IMG/VR virus record: IMGVR_UViG_3300037264_006630
Span: 96,001 to 160,000 of that record
DNA length: 64,000 bases
Reading direction: 5' to 3' (one strand)
Source: a virus
Position numbers and translations under genes: made by a program. Under the pieces are notes generated by a model. It had not been told where the DNA came from. It saw only the letters and a program-made list of their open reading frames with translations, and did no database searches. Of this stretch, positions 56,809 to 64,000 are shown one piece after another; the stretch's first letter is position 1, and each line of letters starts with the position of its first letter.

Positions 56809-57062
56809 GTCGCCTCGGGGTCGGGATCGGCCGAGGCGAGAGCGGGAACGTAGCCCACGAGCTTGCCGAGGTAGTTGAAGCGCCGGGTGAGCCTGAGCAG
56901 GGCGGCCATGATCTTGTCGTACTGCGCCTTGTCCTCGCTGCGGTCGCAGCGCTGCTCGAGCGCGGTCACGGCCTGCGCGATGGTGTCGCCGTCCCGGTTG
57001 AGGTGGATCAGCGCCTTGCGGAGCTTGTCGTCCAGGGCTTGTGACGGCGGTCCGGCGGTCAC
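56805..57062 (-). CDS. Small helical protein
   Basis: Coupled operon gene. Confidence 0.6.
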   Translation of the reverse strand: MTAGPPSQALDDKLRKALIHLNRDGDTIAQAVTALEQRCDRSEDKAQYDKIMAALLRLTRRFNYLGKLVGYVPALASADPDPEAT

Positions 57063-57416
57063 TGCGGACCCTTGCGCTCGGCGTCGCGCACGGCGGCGGC
57101 GAGTTGGGCCGCGGGGCTACGCGCCTTCGCGGCCTTCCGCTCCTTGGCGTGCCTGGCGATGGTGAACAGCGGGGCCATGGGACTGGTCTTGCCCTCCTTG
57201 GCGCGCGGCCACCACCAGTAGAGCGGGTACGAGATGCCGTAGACCGCGATGGCCCACGGGATCGCGAACCACCAGAAGATCGGCGAGTGCGTCGACCGCA
57301 GGTAGATGCACAGCAGGATGCCGGGCCACTCGTCGAGGGCGATGATCAGGCGTTGCTGCAACGATGTGATCGGCGGCGCGGCCGGCGGGTGGTGGTGGTG
57401 ATGATCTGGATCCATG
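57059..57416 (-). CDS. Membrane protein with N-terminal His5 run
   Basis: MDPDHHHHHPP; two TM segments. Confidence 0.6.
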
Positions 57417-57418
57417 CG

Positions 57419-57490
57419 TACCCCGGGCCGGGATCGAACCGACGGCCTGTGCCTGGTAAGGGCCACGCTCTGCCTCTGAGCTACCGGGGC
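57419..57490 (-). tRNA. tRNA-Val(TAC), atypical
   Basis: GCCCCGG/CCGGGGT acceptor stem, D-arm GCTC/GAGC, TTCGATC T-loop, anticodon loop CTTACCA, A73; two anticodon-stem mismatches, C37, no CCA. Confidence 0.7.
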
Positions 57491-57546
57491 GAAGCCACTG
57501 CCGCGGGGGCGGTGGCTGTCTACTCGTTCCTCCAACGGGTCGCCGA

Positions 57547-58446
57547 CTACTCGGTGCGCTTCATGGCGGCCTCCTTGCTCTCGACGGCAGTGGCAAGGCG
57601 AACCCAGCCGGCACAGCGCGGCCCGCCGGTTGCCCAGCACAGGGCGATGTTGCTGCGCACGTCGTAGTCGTTGCCGAGCTTGCCGGCCGTGCCCTCGTCG
57701 AGCATCGCCTGGGTGATGAGCTTGCGGCGGCACTTCGGGCAGACCGTGCCGGCGCGAGCGTGAACCTCGGCCTCGACCTCGGGGGCGCTGGCGCGGAAGT
57801 CGAGAAACGTGTCCCGCATGATCCCGGGCCCGGTCCAGGCGTCGGCCGCGGCCTGGAGCTTCCGATCGATGACCGCCAGCGCGGCCTCGGCGTCATCGAG
57901 CCGGGCGCGCAGGAAGGCCAACTCGTCCAGGCGAGCGGTCTCGCTGGGCGGACCGGAATCGATCGTCCCGGCACCGGGCAGCGGTTCGGCGCCCGCGATC
58001 TCGGCCTGGAGGGCAGCCTGCAACTCGGCCACCGGGTCGTGAACCCCTGCGCTCCCGGACGTCGCGATGGCGAGCATGGCGAGCTCGTGGGCGCTGGGAT
58101 CGTTCACGCCACCAACAGCGGCGACGATGACCTCGATGGCCTCGGCGCCGGCTGCCACGGCACTGGCGAGATGCCCCTCGGAGACGAGGGTGCCGCGCAG
58201 CGACCTCGCCAACGCGGCGGCGCGCGCTGTCGAGGTGAGGGGCTGGACGGTCCACGGCACGCCGTAGCCGGCCCTGTCGAAGAGATCCACCAGATGGTCG
58301 TTGATCTGCTCGGCCAGTCGCCGCAGGTGCTGCAACAGGATCGTCAGGCCCCGGTCCATCCGGGAGCCCGGGGCGATGCGACGCAGAGCCGGGGCGTCGC
58401 CCTCGAGCGCGAGGCGGACCATACCGCCGTCATCGACGTGTTTCAT
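57547..58446 (-). CDS. Hypothetical protein with C-terminal Zn motif
   Basis: Leaderless start in S5; CPKC...C...CAG. Confidence 0.65.
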   Translation of the reverse strand: MKHVDDGGMVRLALEGDAPALRRIAPGSRMDRGLTILLQHLRRLAEQINDHLVDLFDRAGYGVPWTVQPLTSTARAAALARSLRGTLVSEGHLASAVAAGAEAIEVIVAAVGGVNDPSAHELAMLAIATSGSAGVHDPVAELQAALQAEIAGAEPLPGAGTIDSGPPSETARLDELAFLRARLDDAEAALAVIDRKLQAAADAWTGPGIMRDTFLDFRASAPEVEAEVHARAGTVCPKCRRKLITQAMLDEGTAGKLGNDYDVRSNIALCWATGGPRCAGWVRLATAVESKEAAMKRTE

Positions 58447-58483
58447 GCGCCTGAACATACGCACGAACCACCAGCCCCGTCAA
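58442..58483 (-). promoter_or_regulatory. sigma70-type promoter S5 with operator
   Basis: TTGACG-N18-TATGTT-N7-ATG; operator TTCGTGCG-N10-CGCATGAA at 58442-58467. Confidence 0.75.
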
Positions 58484-58487
58484 GCAA

Positions 58488-58703
58488 TCAGCACCGCTCG
58501 CCCCACTCCTCGTCGCTGCAATCGCTGGCCTTGCAGTCGCAGTAGAGCCCGCCACTGCGCAGGATGCAGCACGTCTCGTGGAAGGACGGCGAGCCGTATG
58601 GCCAGCGGTCTGGCGGCACCGGGCGCAGGAGCCGGGCGCTGTTGGCGTTCAGGTCGGATGGGCGAGGGCCGGTCCATGTCGCTCGGTCGCTGATCACCAC
58701 CAC
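58488..58703 (-). CDS. Small Cys-rich protein
   Basis: HETCC..LYCDCKASDC; start uncertain. Confidence 0.45.
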   Translation of the reverse strand: MVVISDRATWTGPRPSDLNANSARLLRPVPPDRWPYGSPSFHETCCILRSGGLYCDCKASDCSDEEWGERC

Positions 58704-58996
58704 CGCCCACGCTCCTCGGCATCCTCTTGGGCGACGAGGAAGGTGTGAAGGCAGTACGCCTCGGTGAACTTCGAGACGACGCGCAGGAAGACGGCGACCG
58801 GGATGGTCTGCGGCACGCCGTTGAGCGCGCCGGTACGGAGGGCGACCGCATCGACCGTGCAGGAGCCGGAGGGCAGGCCACCGGAGCCGCGGACAGCGGG
58901 CGTGAACTGGACCACGGCAGTCCCATCGAAGGCGCCGTCGTAGTGAACGCGAGCCTCCCCGAAGGGCGAGCAGTCGACGACGAGGGTGTGGGACAT
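58694..58996 (-). CDS. Hypothetical protein
   Basis: GGAG SD. Confidence 0.55.
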   Translation of the reverse strand: MSHTLVVDCSPFGEARVHYDGAFDGTAVVQFTPAVRGSGGLPSGSCTVDAVALRTGALNGVPQTIPVAVFLRVVSKFTEAYCLHTFLVAQEDAEERGRWW

Positions 58997-59009
58997 GGCG
59001 GGGCTCCGG

Positions 59010-60167
59010 TCAGGCTGCGAGGTCGGAGACGTCGGGGAACTCGCGATGCGCCACGCCGTCGAGCTCCGGCATCTCGATGAGGCCGCCGGCCTTGAGCCGG
59101 GAGAACTCTCCCATGGAGATGCCGCCGCCGCTGGCGTCGTGCTCGGGCGCCAGGAGGGACCGCTGGTGCCGTTCCTGGCGCTCGGGGCCCTGCGCCTGCT
59201 TGAGCCAGAACGCGGTGCCCGTGTTGCGGCAGGCGTTGCGCAGCGCGCGCAGCCACTCCACGTCGCACGGCCGCGCGTTGGGCCCGCTCTCGCAACCTCC
59301 AATAATCCACGAGATTCCCTCGACGCCGAGCCAGTGGCCGGCGCTGCACTCGCAGTCGTGCTCGCTGCACCACGGTGTTCCATCGTCGGCGAAGGTGATG
59401 TGCTCGGTGCCATCGCCGTAGCCGGAGTCGATGCAGTGCTCGCACCGCATGAGGTCGAGCTCCACCAACCCGAGCAGCGGTTCGCACGACAGGAACCGGA
59501 TCACGGCCGGCGTCCGCAGGAGCTGGGGAACGCGCTTCTCGGCGGTGTCCTGGTTCTCGACGGACGTTCCGATCCACGCGTTCACCAGAGGCCACTCGAT
59601 CTCGGCGGCCTGGGTGATGAACTTCGCGTTGTAGTCCGAGCGCTCGAAGTCGGGCCGCGCGATGCAGGCGTACTCCCAACACACCATCGCGTGCTCGTCG
59701 TAGTCGAGGGCCCGCCCACGCTCCTTCGCGCGCTGGGCGACCTTGGCGTCCAGCCAGGCGAACCACTCCGGCATGCGCGCGGTGCGCTTGGTGAGGAGTT
59801 GAAAGGTGTGCCGGCCGCTCGCCGCCATCACCCCGAAGATCGCGGCGATCTCCTCGTTCGTGATGTCCTCGTGGAACATGTCGGACATCGAGTCGACGAA
59901 GATCTTGCGGGGCTTGGTCCACGCCAGCGGGATCGACAGCCGCTCGGCGACGAACTTGACGACGCCGGTCCAGTGCGGCTTGCCGCCCTTGAGCTCGATC
60001 ACGTCGTCGTAGAGCGTGTTCCCCATGCGCTTGATGCGCAGGGCCTGGCGCTCTGCGTAGCACCAGCGGCATCCTTCGCTCTCGTGCTCGCAGCCGATCG
60101 TAGGGTTCCACGTCTCGCCCTGCGAGCCGTCGTCACCCTGGGTCCACGAGATCTTGGTCTTGGTCAT
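59010..60167 (-). CDS. DUF5131 (phage Gp37/Gp68) radical-SAM-like protein
   Basis: TKISWT..TWNPTIGC..SEGCRWCYAE, IFVDSMSDMFH, FQLLTKR, WIGTSVENQ, RFLSCEPLL, WIIGGCESG. Confidence 0.9.
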   Translation of the reverse strand: MTKTKISWTQGDDGSQGETWNPTIGCEHESEGCRWCYAERQALRIKRMGNTLYDDVIELKGGKPHWTGVVKFVAERLSIPLAWTKPRKIFVDSMSDMFHEDITNEEIAAIFGVMAASGRHTFQLLTKRTARMPEWFAWLDAKVAQRAKERGRALDYDEHAMVCWEYACIARPDFERSDYNAKFITQAAEIEWPLVNAWIGTSVENQDTAEKRVPQLLRTPAVIRFLSCEPLLGLVELDLMRCEHCIDSGYGDGTEHITFADDGTPWCSEHDCECSAGHWLGVEGISWIIGGCESGPNARPCDVEWLRALRNACRNTGTAFWLKQAQGPERQERHQRSLLAPEHDASGGGISMGEFSRLKAGGLIEMPELDGVAHREFPDVSDLAA

Positions 60168-60874
60168 GCGGGCGGTCCTTGGTCGAGCAGGCGGAATGTG
60201 AGCGCGAGGACGACCGGGTTGCTCGCCCACGATGCCGAGGTGTCGACCTCGGAGGTGAACTGGTTGACCCGGGGCCACGGCCGCGGCACTCGCACCCGCC
60301 GTCGTCCGTTCAAGGTGTCCCACAACTCGCCGAACCGCACCACCGGATTGAACGTCTGCGCCGCGTCGGTCCAGGGCTCGATGCCCTCGGCGTAGGCGTC
60401 GGCCTCGCTGATCGAGCGCACCCGCTGGACCCGGAGGTCGGTGAGCTCGAGGCTCATGCGCGAGGCCCACCGCGGCATGAAGCGCGGCGACTTCCAGCGG
60501 GTCCAGACGTGGAAGTTGCCGGGGTCGCGCGGGTCGTGCCCGTCGGCCTTGAACATCATGTAGTGCCGCGACCGTCCGCGCTGCTCCGGGTCGGCGCCGT
60601 TGATGTCCTCGCGCTCGGCGAACGTCTCGCGGACCCACAGGGTCCCGCCAACCGCGCCGAATGGGCTGGTGATCGGGATCGTGGTGGTGCCCCGGGCGTC
60701 TTCGTGAACGAGCCCGCCGTACCCGTCCTTGCCGACCTGCACGGTCCAGTCGAAGCGGTCGAACAGCCTGGCCTCGTGCTCGTTGAGTCGCAGGACGCGG
60801 CGGCTCTGGACCTTGGTCCCGACCCGGATCTTGGGGATGGAGTCGCCGGTGAAGACGATCGGATACTCGGTCAC
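60164..60874 (-). CDS. ASCH/PUA-like phage protein
   Basis: PIVF..KVQSRR, LWVRETF, WKSPRFMPRWASR..LE.TD.RVQR..ISEADA.AEG. Confidence 0.8.
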   Translation of the reverse strand: MTEYPIVFTGDSIPKIRVGTKVQSRRVLRLNEHEARLFDRFDWTVQVGKDGYGGLVHEDARGTTTIPITSPFGAVGGTLWVRETFAEREDINGADPEQRGRSRHYMMFKADGHDPRDPGNFHVWTRWKSPRFMPRWASRMSLELTDLRVQRVRSISEADAYAEGIEPWTDAAQTFNPVVRFGELWDTLNGRRRVRVPRPWPRVNQFTSEVDTSASWASNPVVLALTFRLLDQGPPA

Positions 60875-61092
60875 GGCGACGGTTCCTCGATGGTCATCAG
60901 GTCGGCGACCTTCGCGCGCAACGCCAGCGCCTCGGCGCGCCAGTTGTGCTCCTCGCACAGCCCACCGTACGCGCGCCAGCACAGCGACAGGCAGCGGTCG
61001 CACTCGCAGCCGCCGGGACAGGCGTCGAAGTCGGCCGGGGTCGCATGGGGCTTGTCGCAGCGATGGCAGTTGTCCGGGACGGGCTTGCTCAT
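60871..61092 (-). CDS. Small Cys-rich protein
   Basis: Nine Cys/His ligand candidates; coupled. Confidence 0.6.
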   Translation of the reverse strand: MSKPVPDNCHRCDKPHATPADFDACPGGCECDRCLSLCWRAYGGLCEEHNWRAEALALRAKVADLMTIEEPSP

Positions 61093-61265
61093 GCGGCCTC
61101 GAGATCGTCGGTGTAGAACCAGCGGTGGCGGTTGTTTCCGAGAACGACCAGCCGCTGGCTGGTCGCGGGCGACGTGTCGATGATGACGCCGCGCAGCTTG
61201 CGGGCGTTCTTGGAGCGGACGTAGGCGCCTACGGGCAGATCCTCGGTCGGCTCGGGGCCGGTCAC
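61089..61265 (-). CDS. Small SH3-like protein (58 aa, below ORF-track cut-off)
   Basis: Manual translation MTGPEPTEDLPVGAYVRS...; coupled at both ends. Confidence 0.55.
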   Translation of the reverse strand: MTGPEPTEDLPVGAYVRSKNARKLRGVIIDTSPATSQRLVVLGNNRHRWFYTDDLEAA

Positions 61266-61494
61266 GCCAGCACGCTCCTCGCCCGGACGCGGAGTCCCTG
61301 AATCTCGAGGCGTCGGCAGATCACCAGCACGGTGTCCGCGTGGTCTTGTGCCACCACCTCGGCCGACAGCGGCTCCAACGTGACGATGGCGAAGTCCCGG
61401 AAGTAGAGATCACCTGGCTGACGTAGGCGACCTGGGCAAACCGAGCTCCCATGTACAGGTCAACCACCACGGCGACGATCATGTCCCTGGTCAT
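61262..61494 (-). pseudogene. Small gene with an apparent 1-nt deletion
   Basis: Adding one G near 61410 joins MTRDMIVAVVVDLY..SQV to DLYFRDFAIV..RSVLA, which ends coupled to 61265. Confidence 0.35.
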
Positions 61495-61526
61495 GACCGC
61501 CATCCCGACCGACAGAGCGGACAAGG

Positions 61527-61868
61527 TCAAGGATTCCAGCCCTTCGGTGCCCGCCAACCAGCGGCCAGGGCGGTCGTGGCCCACTCCGGCCAGGGTCGGT
61601 TGGTCGGGTGCTTGTAGGCGGTGTTGGCGACCTTCCGAGCGGTGTCGGCATCCTTCTCCCTGTGCCAGTAGAACCCCGTACGGTCCTTGCCGTCCGGCGT
61701 CACCGTGGCGGCGGCCTCGCTTGCGACGCGGTGGTTTCGGCCAGCGTCATCGCAGGCGTCGCCGAGACAGAGCCCCTCCTCGCGACCATCAGCGCCGTCG
61801 ACCTCCCAGCACACGCGGTGTTGGTAGTGCTCTCCGGCCACCATGTAGACGATCAGACGGTCCGCCAT
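61527..61868 (-). CDS. Hypothetical protein
   Basis: GGAGG SD. Confidence 0.6.
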   Translation of the reverse strand: MADRLIVYMVAGEHYQHRVCWEVDGADGREEGLCLGDACDDAGRNHRVASEAAATVTPDGKDRTGFYWHREKDADTARKVANTAYKHPTNRPWPEWATTALAAGWRAPKGWNP

Positions 61869-62252
61869 GCGGCCTCCAGATACGCGGCGTCCCGGAGCTT
61901 GCCGGACAGGCCGTGCCTGGCGAGCAGGGTGACGATGTCCGTCATGGCTTCCGTGGACGGCACGATCCACGCGAGACGCCGCAGGTGTGCAGGTCGAGTC
62001 CGTGACGCTCGGCTTCGTCGACCAGAGGGTCGATGTGGTGGATGTTGTCCGAGGTCGCCCACAGGTCGATGAGACGTTGATGGATGACCTCGGCCGGTTC
62101 GTCCATCAACTCGACCACAACGCGGTAGCCCAGACCTCCGGCGCTGTGCGCGCAGGTTGTAGACGGCGAGCGTCGGGTACCCGAAGGCGAATGCTTCCGT
62201 GTGCTCGGGCGGGCTCGGCGATGGCTTGGGTGCGGATCGGTGCGCCATCGGA

Positions 62253-62486
62253 TCAGCCTTCATCCGGCGGCGGCGCGAGCTCGCCGGGCGCGAGCTCGCC
62301 GGGCGTGACCACCGACCACCGACCGCCGGTGCTCACGATCCGCCCGGCCTTGCGGAGCCGCAGAACGGTCCGGTCGTACCTGGGCATGCTGAGACCGGTC
62401 ACTTCCTGGATCTTGGCCGCCTTGTCCGCACCGCCCGCGATGGCTTCGCAGACCAGATCCTCGTCCTCTTCGCTTCGCGTTTTCAT
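62253..62486 (-). CDS. Small winged-helix DNA-binding protein
   Basis: AAKIQEVTGLS..RYDRTVLRLRKAGRIV..G.RW. Confidence 0.65.
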   Translation of the reverse strand: MKTRSEEDEDLVCEAIAGGADKAAKIQEVTGLSMPRYDRTVLRLRKAGRIVSTGGRWSVVTPGELAPGELAPPPDEG

Positions 62487-62522
62487 GCGCCTGAACGTAC
62501 GCGCGAACCACGCAGTCGTCAA
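62482..62522 (-). promoter_or_regulatory. sigma70-type promoter S6 with operator
   Basis: TTGACG-N17-TACGTT-N7-ATG; operator TTCGCGCG-N10-CGCATGAA at 62482-62507. Confidence 0.75.
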
Positions 62523-62532
62523 GTGCTCAGGT

Positions 62533-62790
62533 TCATCGCCGGGGGCCGACGTGGTCGCCGTTCACGATCCGGACGAAGTCGGGGAAGTGCAGATAGCCAG
62601 CGACCTCGGGCGGGAACAGAGCGATGAGGGTCTGCGCCGCCGCAGCGACAACGGGCTTGCAGGTGGCGCAGATCCACTCAAGCTCGAGCCCGTTCCGCAC
62701 GTTGGCGATGTGGGTGGCGCCGTGCTCGCGGCCTTCGCGAACACTGCTGAACTCCCCGATCTCGGCCTTGCAGACGATGCAGTGGATCAC
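62533..62790 (-). CDS. Small Zn-binding protein
   Basis: CIVC...H...CATC. Confidence 0.6.
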   Translation of the reverse strand: MIHCIVCKAEIGEFSSVREGREHGATHIANVRNGLELEWICATCKPVVAAAAQTLIALFPPEVAGYLHFPDFVRIVNGDHVGPRR

Positions 62791-63041
62791 GCGGTCCTCC
62801 TGGCGGCCTTCGCCAACTCGGCGAGCCGCAGCCGGTGGTACTCAGCCTCGGTGATGGTGCTGACCTGGAGGTCGCGGGAGCCGAGGCTGTGGCCGCAGGG
62901 CGTGATGATGATCGGACGCGACATGCCGTAGGGGATGAAGTCGTAGAAGTAGACCCGACCGCAGCCCTTCGCGCGACAGCGCATGAACCGGCGCTTCATG
63001 CCGCGGCGGATCGGCGGCACCTTCGCCTTGGCGGCGGTCAT
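62787..63041 (-). CDS. Small Zn-binding protein
   Basis: CRAKGC...PCGH. Confidence 0.6.
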   Translation of the reverse strand: MTAAKAKVPPIRRGMKRRFMRCRAKGCGRVYFYDFIPYGMSRPIIITPCGHSLGSRDLQVSTITEAEYHRLRLAELAKAARRTA

Positions 63042-63535
63042 CGGTCGAGACCCACGTCCACGCCGTCGACCAGGATCATGGCCGGGCAGTCGAGGTCGTC
63101 GGGAGTGAGCGAGTAGGGCAGCCAGTCCTTCTCCTTGTCGAGGTAGTCGAGCCCCGAGACGTAGCGGATGACCAGCGTGGGGTCGGCGCTCTCAGGCGGC
63201 GCCTTGTACCAGAACCGGATCGGCTTGCCCTGCTGGAGCACCTCGGACCGGCGCAGGGCGCGCGCCACGGTGAGGGGCATCTTGGCCTCGATAGCGGCGA
63301 GGAACTCATCCATCGCCTTGTCGCAGGCTTCGGCGGCGAGGTCCGGGGTGATGAAGCCGTCGCCCTGCTTGACGATGCCGGTACCACCGTCTTGGAGGCT
63401 GCGAGCTTCGTCGGAGAAGAGGTACCAGAGGTGCCGGCCCGGATTGACGATCTCGACCACGCCGCACAGCGGGCCGTAATCGCGCTCCGAGCGTTGGCGC
63501 CAGTGGCCGGTGATGGGCTTCCAACCCGGGTTCAC
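63038..63535 (-). CDS. Hypothetical protein
   Basis: GTGA coupling. Confidence 0.6.
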   Translation of the reverse strand: MNPGWKPITGHWRQRSERDYGPLCGVVEIVNPGRHLWYLFSDEARSLQDGGTGIVKQGDGFITPDLAAEACDKAMDEFLAAIEAKMPLTVARALRRSEVLQQGKPIRFWYKAPPESADPTLVIRYVSGLDYLDKEKDWLPYSLTPDDLDCPAMILVDGVDVGLDR

Positions 63536-64000
63536 GGCGTGACCTCGGACTGCGGCACGCCGTAGTTGCCCTCTTGGATGACGATGGCGCCGGGGTCGCG
63601 CCGCCCGGGGCGCTCGACCCAGACCCGACAGTCCATCTCCACGGCGAGTTGCCGCAGGAGGTCGATGCCCTCGTCCTCGTCGAGCCGCGAGCCGTCGCGG
63701 ACCCACACGTCCCGGAGGCGCGGCGCCTGCCGCATGGCGATCGCGAGCGCGCACCGGAGCTGCTCGGCCTGCGAGGCGTTCGAGAACACGGCCCCGCCGA
63801 GCTTGAGGCCGTCCTCGGTGACCTCCAAGTCCGGCACCGGCATCTCGGCGGCGGCGAGCTGCTCGGCCTTGCTCGCGTCGATGGCCTTGAGCCGCTCGGT
63901 GAGCCGCTCCTGCTCCACGGAGCGATCGCGGATCTCCGCTTCGGCGGCGGCGATCTGACGGTTGGTCGCCGCGGCGGTGGCCTGCCAGCGGCCGTAGTTC
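63532..64000 (-). CDS. SMC/Rad50-like ATPase, C-terminal part (5' end outside window)
   Basis: Coiled coil, signature-like FSNASQAEQ, Walker-B-like VWVRDGSRLD. Confidence 0.75.
   Translation of the reverse strand, partial: NYGRWQATAAATNRQIAAAEAEIRDRSVEQERLTERLKAIDASKAEQLAAAEMPVPDLEVTEDGLKLGGAVFSNASQAEQLRCALAIAMRQAPRLRDVWVRDGSRLDEDEGIDLLRQLAVEMDCRVWVERPGRRDPGAIVIQEGNYGVPQSEVTP

Noticed and set aside
57440-57470. Ochre suppressor (TTA anticodon) or Gly(ACC) reading of the tRNA
   Set aside because: These need C33 or break the anticodon stem further; the TAC register keeps U33 and standard arm lengths
1-64000. Integrase, reverse transcriptase/DGR/retron, transposase, DNA polymerase, bEBP or sigma factor genes
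   Set aside because: No diagnostic motifs (R-H-R-Y, YxDD, DDE, GAFTGA) recognised in any plausible ORF

Overview
The whole window is a segment of a very GC-rich (roughly 70% by eye) tailed phage or prophage with a contractile tail. The host is inferred, not shown, to be a sigma54-rich bacterium such as a myxobacterium. Layout: (i) 1-24.8 kb, an accessory/early region of many short genes in small transcription units. It includes three PAPS-reductase/PP-loop proteins, a TGT/DpdA-like protein and an IbrA-GNAT-IbrB cluster. (ii) 24.8-55.3 kb, a + strand virion and lysis operon: MuF-like head protein, scaffold, N4-gp56-type major capsid, neck, sheath, tube, chaperone, tape measure, baseplate, tail fibres, holin/spanin-like genes and a CHAP-like endolysin. 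(iii) 55.3-64 kb, a - strand early region with a SprT-like peptidase, an atypical tRNA-Val(TAC), DUF5131, an ASCH-like protein, a small wHTH protein and an SMC/Rad50-like ATPase running off the edge. I found no portal, terminase, integrase or sigma54 activator in the window. The main discovery is a three-tier cis-regulatory code read directly from the sequence. It comprises ten sigma54-type (GG-N10-GC) promoters, seven with a TGT-N11-ACA enhancer-like palindrome (one a TGG variant) at a fixed distance; six sigma70-type promoters; and a shared 26-bp operator (TTCGTGCG-N10-CGCACGAA, at least 14 copies) linking the two classes. Most of these promoters give essentially leaderless mRNAs. A separate TTGCGY-N18-YAKCCT motif marks the late genes. 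All annotations come from manual motif recognition; no database search was run.
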